DNA from: Candidatus Hermodarchaeota archaeon
Lineage (GTDB): Archaea; Asgardarchaeota; Lokiarchaeia; Sigyniarchaeales; SOKP01
DNA length: 13,466 nucleotides
Reading direction: 5' to 3'
Assembly (NCBI GenBank): GCA_048885535.1
Contig: JBHLLO010000068.1
Location: 1-13,466, forward strand
The notes under the pieces were generated by a model. The model did no database searches, was not told where the DNA came from, and worked only from the letters and a program-made list of their open reading frames with translations. Made by a program: the position numbers and the translations under genes. How positions within the stretch are numbered: the first letter of the stretch is position 1; each line of letters begins with the position of its first letter. Shown in pieces: positions 1 to 6,596 of this stretch.

Positions 1-496
1 CATACCAAGCAAGAGTAAAATACCAATCATCTTGTAAAATCCATACATCCATAGTCCCAAATCCAGGATAACTTACTGCTGCTTCACCAATGACAGTATA
101 AGGATGATCGCCAATACCATCAACCGCAATTGAAGTAGTGTTTCCTAAAGACATATTTGTAAACATCCATATTGGTGTATGAACTCCACTACCAAATCCC
201 CCGCTGGCGCTTGAAGTAAGTCGAGTTTGAGCATCTTCAAACCAAGAGGCGACAATTCCACTACCTTGTTGCCACCAAGTAACATTATAAAGAGAACCCG
301 AATCATAGCTATATGTAAAACTAGAACTACTAGCAACCATTCCAGTTCCAGTATAATTAGCATAAAATCCATCAAAAATGTGAGCTTGAGATGTTTTTAA
401 GTTATTCTGCGCTCCAAGGCTATATGATGCGAAAGTTAAGAATATGGAACTACATAAGAAAGCTATTAATAAATATGTGGTTTTTTTATATTCCAT
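1..496 (-). CDS. Secreted/surface hypothetical protein, 3'-truncated by the window edge (165 aa visible); not in the ORF track
   Basis: Manual translation from ATG at 496 is open to position 2: MEYKKTTYLLIAFLCSSIFLTFASYSLGAQNNLKTSQAHIFDGFYANYTGTGMVASSSSFTYSYDSGSLYNVTWWQQGSG...HTPIWMFTNMSLGNTTSIAVDGIGDHPYTVIGEAAVSYPGFGTMDVWILQDDWYFTLAWY. It has a basic plus hydrophobic signal peptide, four N-x-S/T sequons (NYT, NVT, NMS, NTT) and a GTGA SD-like motif upstream. Confidence 0.88.
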   Translation of the reverse strand, partial: MEYKKTTYLLIAFLCSSIFLTFASYSLGAQNNLKTSQAHIFDGFYANYTGTGMVASSSSFTYSYDSGSLYNVTWWQQGSGIVASWFEDAQTRLTSSASGGFGSGVHTPIWMFTNMSLGNTTSIAVDGIGDHPYTVIGEAAVSYPGFGTMDVWILQDDWYFTLAWY

Positions 497-772
497 CTTA
501 ACATCACTTTCGATTTTTTTAAAATTAATAAGTTCAATAATAAAATTGTTTATTAAAGGAAGTTACAACTACTCTTGCTTTTAATATTAATTATATCTGA
601 AATGTAAATTTCTTAATAAAATTACCAAATTATTGGACTCGACGAGGTATTATAGGGCTCATTTTCTTAGAAAATACGATTATTAAGAAAAAAAAACAAA
701 ATTCAAAATGAATTTCATATAAAAAACATAGAGTTCAATCAGTTTTTAAAATAGCCAAAAAAATCCATTAAC

Positions 773-788
773 AAAAAAGGTTATAAAT
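773..788 (+). promoter_or_regulatory. Candidate archaeal BRE/TATA promoter of the PAS gene
   Basis: Purine run AAAAAAGG followed by TTATAAAT (781-788), about 50 nt before ATG 838. The AT-rich background limits specificity. Confidence 0.35.
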
Positions 789-837
789 AAATTCTAATAT
801 AATAAAATAGAATAAGACTAAAGGTTGGAGATATAAT

Positions 838-1377
838 ATGTCAAAAATAGGAGTAGAAGGGGAAATTACAGCAAAATTAAAAGATGAGGCATTTCTCTAT
901 TTTGCAGGAAATTCAAGTTTAGGAATTGTACTTTTTCAAAGAGGGTATCTCATATATTTCAATAAAAAATTTGCTGAAATATTTGGGTATAGTGAAGATG
1001 AAATAACTAAATGGAAGAAAAGAGAATTCTATAAAATAGTTCATCCTGAAGATTTAAAAGAATTGACTCAAAGGTTTGTACAAGAAGATCATAGAACAGT
1101 TTCTGTTAGATTCAGGGGAATAAAAAAGAATGGAGAAATTATATTAATTGAAAATTTTAATAGTGTAGTGTATTATAATGGCAAGAGAGCGATTTCTTCT
1201 ACATATTTAGAGTTAAAAGAACTTTTTATGAAAATGATGTATCAACAAACTACTCCTATATTGAAAGAAAGTCAAAAAATTGTTTTAGATTATCATCCTG
1301 AAACTATAAAAATATTAGAAAATAATAATTTGAAATTTGATATTATTGAGCATTTCTCAAATAAGGAAGAAGATTAA
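838..1377 (+). CDS. Standalone PAS (S-box) domain protein
   Basis: PAS hallmarks GIVLFQ-G-LIYFNKKFAEIFGYS-DEI, IVHPED and FRGIKKNGEIILIE. GGAG SD lies 7 nt upstream. No kinase or other recognisable output domain. Confidence 0.88.
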   Translation: MSKIGVEGEITAKLKDEAFLYFAGNSSLGIVLFQRGYLIYFNKKFAEIFGYSEDEITKWKKREFYKIVHPEDLKELTQRFVQEDHRTVSVRFRGIKKNGEIILIENFNSVVYYNGKRAISSTYLELKELFMKMMYQQTTPILKESQKIVLDYHPETIKILENNNLKFDIIEHFSNKEED

Positions 1378-1530
1378 TCCTTTTTTGCTAGATCTTACTC
1401 ATCAACTTCCTCAAAATAAATAATAAAAATCCTTTTCATTGTTATTTTCAAATTCTAACTTGAAATATTCACAAGTAAAGCTAATAGATTATATAAATCC
1501 GCGTTAAAAAAGTTGATCTGAAAAAAATTT

Positions 1531-1607
1531 ATAGAATGGGGGGTTATTGGTTTGGCAATCGCTTCATCTTGAAGGATTATTTCTAACCCAACTCCTCCAT
1601 TTACTAT
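1531..1607. other. Long imperfect intergenic hairpin (3'-UTR/terminator-like or small repeat element)
   Basis: Nested pairings ATAG/CTAT, AATGG/CCATT, GTT/AAC, GGTT/AACC, AATC/GATT and CTTCA/TGAAG around a TCT loop (1567-1569). On the minus strand it is followed by T7 (A7 at 1521-1527 on +). It lies between convergent genes. Confidence 0.55.
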
Positions 1608-1631
1608 TACCTTAATTAAAATTAAAATTAT

Positions 1632-2372
1632 TTATGGAAGTACAATTACTATTTCTACAGGCCACTTGTAATCTCCAGTTTCTGGATCCAAAATCGCAAC
1701 TTGATTGAATTTAACTATTCCTTCTCCTCCTTCAGTTAAATATCCTTCCCCTGTCGTATGCATGAATGTTGTGACAGGAATCGTTTCTGGCGGATAAGTA
1801 GGGGGAAACATAGGATCAGGAAAGACGTAAAATATCTCAAAAAGTGATGGTAATCTCCCCCACTTTTCAAACCAATCATTTAACATTTCTGTATTGTAAA
1901 GAATCTTACATTGGAAGTTATAGTTCATAGTACCTGCGTAAATTGGTTCGTAATTCCAATAAAAGGGGTAAGGACCAGAGGCATAATAGTCGAATAACAT
2001 AAAGGGAACTTCTTTAACATGTAGATTTATGGAAATTAATATATTTTCTTCATCTATCTTTCTTTCCTGGATACTCCCTCCATGCTGGCATTGCCCTAAA
2101 AGTTTATATTCCCAGACAAGAAAGTTATATGTGGGGAGAGGTCCCGCTAATGGACCATACCATGTAACAGCATGAGGATGGATGCATAACCCTGAATCTG
2201 GATCAGCCCAACTTAAGAAGGAGCCGGGCATATCCCATAGATCTAAAAAGACAGTATATTCTCCAGCATAGTCATCAATTGGCCTAATGAACGTTTTTGC
2301 TTGGACTAATGGAACGAAACTAAAAATACAAATACCTAAAGTTAATACTAATATCCATTGATATTTTTTCAT
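1632..2372 (-). CDS. Secreted hypothetical protein
   Basis: 246-aa ORF with GAGGT SD 7 nt upstream. Signal peptide MKKYQWILVLTLGICIFSFVPLVQA has a VQA cleavage-like site. The mature part is Pro/aromatic-rich and acidic, with no C-terminal anchor. Confidence 0.85.
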   Translation of the reverse strand: MKKYQWILVLTLGICIFSFVPLVQAKTFIRPIDDYAGEYTVFLDLWDMPGSFLSWADPDSGLCIHPHAVTWYGPLAGPLPTYNFLVWEYKLLGQCQHGGSIQERKIDEENILISINLHVKEVPFMLFDYYASGPYPFYWNYEPIYAGTMNYNFQCKILYNTEMLNDWFEKWGRLPSLFEIFYVFPDPMFPPTYPPETIPVTTFMHTTGEGYLTEGGEGIVKFNQVAILDPETGDYKWPVEIVIVLP

Positions 2373-2739
2373 ATATTTACCTCTATTTTTTTCAAATGTT
2401 GATCTAGATCGATAAAGTTCACTTCTTCTACTTGAATCGCCTTCTATTAAATTTTTGATCGAATAAGATCAAATATTATTTAAAACAAGTTAGTATTTAA
2501 CATTTTTGTCCATTTTCCCATGCTCAGAATATGATCCACTTCTCATCTCAAACCATTCTAAACTTTTACAATCCCTTAAACTCCAAACCCGAACCTTACG
2601 TCTCCTCTTTCGAATAATTCTCTATGAGTTAAAAATATTTATTGTAATACAGAATTGTAAGAAATAAATATTAGATCATCTTCTATTTTCCTACCTCTGA
2701 AATCTAATAAAATTAAATAAACAATAATAGGTGAAAAAT

Positions 2740-3066
2740 TTGTTAATAGTAACTCAACACTGGTGGCCTCATGGGCAATCAGAAAAAGTAGGGAAAGTAT
2801 ATCTTGAAGCAATGAAAAAGTTTCCCGATGATAAATCCATTTCTAAAAGTGTCCTACGATCTGCAATATGGGCAGTTAAAGATGGTATGTTTAGTACCAC
2901 AGTTAGTGCTATTCAACCAGGAAAAGTAAAGGAATCTATGGATCTCGCAATGAATCGACTACTAATGATGGCAGAAGCCATTGATGGATTTAAATATGAA
3001 ATCCATATTGCTTATGACCTCGTGGAAGGTATGCCACTTGTAGGATTAGCAGCTCCAGAAGAATAA
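2740..3066 (+). CDS. Small conserved hypothetical protein, probable ferredoxin-like dimeric alpha+beta barrel (DUF3303-like)
   Basis: Alternating beta/alpha pattern (LIVTQHWWP...KVGKVYLEAMKKFP...GFKYEIHI). Start reassigned from GTG 2731 to in-frame TTG 2740 because AGGTGA (2729-2734) is then a well-spaced SD. The fold call is inference. Confidence 0.75.
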   Translation: MLIVTQHWWPHGQSEKVGKVYLEAMKKFPDDKSISKSVLRSAIWAVKDGMFSTTVSAIQPGKVKESMDLAMNRLLMMAEAIDGFKYEIHIAYDLVEGMPLVGLAAPEE

Positions 3067-3098
3067 TCATACAGCAATAACTATTATGAAGAATAAAA

Positions 3099-3140
3099 TT
3101 TTACTTTTTTTTTATTAAAATCTCCATCAATTTGATTTTT
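3099..3140 (+). terminator. Oligo-T archaeal-type terminator region between convergent genes
   Basis: TTTTAC-T9 (3099-3113) and a further T-run before 3141, downstream of the 3066 stop. Confidence 0.5.
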
Positions 3141-4394
3141 TTATTTGTCAGCAGTAAGCCAAGCAATTCTAAACAATTCATCATCTGAAATCAATTCTTC
3201 TAAGATATTGTAATTAACTTGATTGTAGAAAACAGGTTTCAATAAGTCTAAGTCTTTAGGATGTGGTTTTATTAAATTTTTTTGTATGGATATATCAGCT
3301 TTAATTAAGTTTGCTAATTGAGTGTGCTTATACACTCGAAAGTAAGGGTTCACAGTTACTATTGTAGGGCGATGGGTTTTAAAAAATCTAATCATGTTTT
3401 TAATAGATTCAAACGATTCATATGGATATCCTACATTGGAATCAATCGTCAACTCGATCTGGTAATTTGTACAATATTCAATTATTTTCTCTAAATCGTC
3501 GTATGAATAATTATTTAACTCTTGAATTTTTTTATCGCTGAAAATAGTAATACCTATTGAATAAGCATTACTCATTTGTAGTAACTTGAATAATTTTTCG
3601 TTATAAGGGTAAGGCTTCATGAAGAGCTTCCATTTCATAGTAAGCCTTTTCTCAATTAAAGCTCTACAAAATTGAATTGAGAAATTTAAATCAGAATTAA
3701 ATTCACTATCGCATAATTGAAAGTGAGTGTGACCTTGATGAATAAGTAATTTAAGTTCTTCTATTATGGCGGGAATTTTCCTGTACCAAGTTTGTGAACA
3801 TGCTGAAACACAGAAAGGACACTTACCCGGGCAGCCTTTATGCGTTTCAAACCCAATAATCTCTTCTCCAGACAAATATTTTGCATAGTTAATCTTTTTT
3901 CCACGTAAATGAATTAATTTAGCATCAGTACCATATTGCCAACCATCATAAATCTTACTTCTTAATTCTTGAGAACCAAGCAGTTCTAAAAAACGAGGGA
4001 ATATAATTTCGCCTGGACCTATGATTCCATAATCTGCTTCGAGGTAATCTAAGACTTCCTTAGGCATAGCTGAAAATCCTGAACCACCTAAAACTACAGG
4101 AATATTGAGTTTCTTAACACATTGAATTAAAGCTTTTATTGAAGGTAAATAAAACTCACTATTAAAATAATTTATTGAGTCAATATTGCGAATTGTAAAA
4201 CCCACAATGTTATACTTTTTTTTAAGGAGTGCCTTAGTCAAATCATCTTCCGGGGATTCAGAAAAGCATAAATCTAATATATCAACATTATGATTATGCT
4301 TCTCCAGTACATTTACGAGATATTCTAAGCCGAGAGGAATTACAGGGGGATTTTTAAACCTATTTGGATTCACTAATAATATATTTAGGCTCAT
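3141..4394 (-). CDS. Cobalamin-binding radical SAM superfamily protein, TsrM-like putative methyltransferase
   Basis: N-terminal B12-binding domain (LLVNPN..PP..PLGLEYL, VGFTIRNID, VVLGGSGFSAMP, GPGE). CxxxCxxC motif C188-C192-C195 (KGCPGKCPFC), then DSEFN and GYPYES. Confidence 0.92.
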   Translation of the reverse strand: MSLNILLVNPNRFKNPPVIPLGLEYLVNVLEKHNHNVDILDLCFSESPEDDLTKALLKKKYNIVGFTIRNIDSINYFNSEFYLPSIKALIQCVKKLNIPVVLGGSGFSAMPKEVLDYLEADYGIIGPGEIIFPRFLELLGSQELRSKIYDGWQYGTDAKLIHLRGKKINYAKYLSGEEIIGFETHKGCPGKCPFCVSACSQTWYRKIPAIIEELKLLIHQGHTHFQLCDSEFNSDLNFSIQFCRALIEKRLTMKWKLFMKPYPYNEKLFKLLQMSNAYSIGITIFSDKKIQELNNYSYDDLEKIIEYCTNYQIELTIDSNVGYPYESFESIKNMIRFFKTHRPTIVTVNPYFRVYKHTQLANLIKADISIQKNLIKPHPKDLDLLKPVFYNQVNYNILEELISDDELFRIAWLTADK

Positions 4395-4460
4395 AGTTCT
4401 TCATTTTAAATATCTCGTCATTCATTTCTTAACATACATTATTATAATATATGAATAATT

Positions 4461-5621
4461 TTATTTCATCATTTTCGGAGCAATAACTGAGTCAGGGGTG
4501 ACTACTTTCTGTAACATCCTAAACGCCTTTTTAGAGGTTGAAAAAGTTTTAGCGTTATGTTTTTTTATGATATCCTTGAGTTCTTCGTCGAAAATTCTTA
4601 CAAACACTTCAATATGGGGATAACGTAAATTTAATTTAGATGTAAGATAAATTGATTCATCAAATTCAGATTCTTGCTTCCAACAAATAAAAGCTTGAGT
4701 CACTTCTTCTAAATTAACATGAGGACGTATATCGCTTAAAAAACGGGCAAATTCTTTATAGATATGTAATTGTTTATTTACCACAAATTCTATACCATCA
4801 TGAACATCATCAAAAAGGTAGACTTCTCTGTTTGGTTGCTGAGAAATATGGTATGCTATTCGATGTGTTAATGAGTCTCTTCCGATTACAATTACTGTAC
4901 CAGTTTTGTTTTTAGTCCATTTCTGGATATTATCCATTGCCCATTTAGATGTTGAGAAGGAATACGCGTTCAAAGGAGGCTCTTTAAGATACTCCTGTAC
5001 ATGATCTTCAAATGCACGGACATAAATTAGACAATCTGGATTCATTTTACGGATCTTTTCGGTACAAATTATTGCAATTCTTACATCATCAACATTAATA
5101 AAGACTTCTTCAGCATATTTAACATTAGCAGCTTCAAGATTTGCAGTTTCAGTGGCATCACCAATTACAACTGGATGCCCAGCGTTAATTAAATCTTCTA
5201 CCAATTCCTCGTCATCTTCAATAAGAGAGAATGGTTCTTTATTTTTTATACAATGCTCTATGATTCTTTCAGATAAATGATGATAACCAATAATTACAGC
5301 ATGATTTCGTTTATGAGATGCAAGTATTCTACATGTAATTACAGGATTATACTTCTCAAACAATTCTCCCATTATAAATCCGAAGAATATTACTTCTAAT
5401 AAAATTGGCCAGACTACAGCATAAAATTGACCAAAATCTCCTGCATCTGAGGGAATCTTCACAGTTATTGAGAATAAAATAATTTGCCCTAAGTTGTATT
5501 CAGGTTCAGTAATAAGAAAGAATAAAAACCCAATTAGCCAAAATACAAAGAAAAATATAAACTGCAGTTTATATTGCTTAAGTTTAAGATGGATTATAAT
5601 AAAGGAGTTTGCGATATTCAT
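4461..5621 (-). CDS. Channel-like membrane protein: 2 TM + pore-helix region followed by two RCK/TrkA_N domains
   Basis: TM1 at about aa 21-38 and TM2 at about aa 66-88. RCK motifs HAVIIGY, VVIGDATETANLEAANVKYA and IRKMNPDCLIYVRAF. Second RCK has VIVIGRD...YPHIEVFVRIFD. Both domains end in FSTSK. Confidence 0.85.
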   Translation of the reverse strand: MNIANSFIIIHLKLKQYKLQFIFFFVFWLIGFLFFLITEPEYNLGQIILFSITVKIPSDAGDFGQFYAVVWPILLEVIFFGFIMGELFEKYNPVITCRILASHKRNHAVIIGYHHLSERIIEHCIKNKEPFSLIEDDEELVEDLINAGHPVVIGDATETANLEAANVKYAEEVFINVDDVRIAIICTEKIRKMNPDCLIYVRAFEDHVQEYLKEPPLNAYSFSTSKWAMDNIQKWTKNKTGTVIVIGRDSLTHRIAYHISQQPNREVYLFDDVHDGIEFVVNKQLHIYKEFARFLSDIRPHVNLEEVTQAFICWKQESEFDESIYLTSKLNLRYPHIEVFVRIFDEELKDIIKKHNAKTFSTSKKAFRMLQKVVTPDSVIAPKMMK

Positions 5622-5666
5622 AACATTAGATAAAACACTCCAATATAAAAAAAGTTTGATATCTAA

Positions 5667-5864
5667 ATTATAAATCTTTTAGCATTTTTAATTTGTATAT
5701 TATAGTTCTTTTTTATTATATCTCCTAGCTTATCTTCTCAGCCTATCATACTAATCACTGATGGAAGTTTATACTTAACTATAGTTTATAGTATTTTACT
5801 AATTTTAGTAAGATATGCTTATAAAAGATACTTCCTCGAAAGTAATATAGAAAAATCAGTTTAA
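5667..5864 (+). pseudogene. Possible remnant of the 3' end of a membrane-protein gene
   Basis: The frame reads IINLLAFLICIL*FFFIISPSLSSQPIILITDGSLYLTIVYSILLILVRYAYKRYFLESNIEKSV*, with one internal TAG (5703-5705) and no start codon. The pattern is TM-loop-TM-basic tail. Confidence 0.3.
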
Positions 5865-6050
5865 AATGATTAAGATTTTCTCAAAGTTATAATTATTAAT
5901 TATTTTTAATTTTCCGCTTTTTTTTTCTACTGTTTTTACTCTATAACCTTTATAACATATGTTTCGTATGTCTTACTATAAATTGATATTTTTGTAAATT
6001 AATGTCATAGAAATTCAATATATTTGAAAATTAAATAAGGAAAAATTTTT

Positions 6051-6506
6051 ATGCAAAATAAAGCAATTCAAGAAAAATGGCCTGAATTAGGTACGTATTG
6101 TTGGGGCTGCGGACGAAATAATGAACAAGGGTTACAAATAAAGAGTTATTGGGAAGGAAATGAATGTACTTGTACCTGGAAGCCAAAACGGTATTATTGT
6201 GCATATCCTGGAAGGGGATGTGGGGGGATTATTGCTACAATTCTAGATTGTCATTGTTTAAATACAGCTGCTTCTGCAGCACATCGAGCTGAAGGTCGAG
6301 AAGAAGGCACTGAACCCGTCATTGCTTATGCTACAGGCACTCTAACAGTGAAATTTCTACAGCCAACTCCATTAAATAAACCATGGGTTTTTAGAGCACG
6401 TATAAAGGAAGTAAAGGAGCGTAAAACAATAGTAACTTGTTCATTATTTGTAAAAGAAAAAGAGTGTGCTAAAGGAGAAATTGTGGCTGTAAAAATAAAA
6501 ATCTAA
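6051..6506 (+). CDS. PaaI/4HBT family hotdog-fold thioesterase
   Basis: CWGCG..N..GL N-terminal motif, PG..GGIIATILD helix, TGTLTVKFLQPTP, and terminal strands VTCSL...CAKGE. AAGGA upstream. Confidence 0.88.
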   Translation: MQNKAIQEKWPELGTYCWGCGRNNEQGLQIKSYWEGNECTCTWKPKRYYCAYPGRGCGGIIATILDCHCLNTAASAAHRAEGREEGTEPVIAYATGTLTVKFLQPTPLNKPWVFRARIKEVKERKTIVTCSLFVKEKECAKGEIVAVKIKI

Positions 6507-6596
6507 TAAGAATAACCTAAAAATTCTTTTATTATGGTTAGATATCTTAATGAAAATAATAATTTTTAAGATATGAAATCATTATAAGAGATTATC

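Noticed and set aside
145-375. 76-aa minus-strand ORF in the track
   Set aside because: Off-frame overlap inside the longer, signal-peptide-bearing frame starting at 496.
1531-1607. Hairpin as a SECIS element or tRNA
   Set aside because: Neither flanking gene has an in-frame TGA. I could not place a convincing AUGA/GA core, and there is no cloverleaf or TTCGA T-loop.
1455-1631. About 58 stop-free codons continuing in frame after the 1632 stop (possible readthrough)
   Set aside because: The stop is TAA, which is not a Sec or Pyl codon. The extension crosses the hairpin and T-runs and does not look protein-like.
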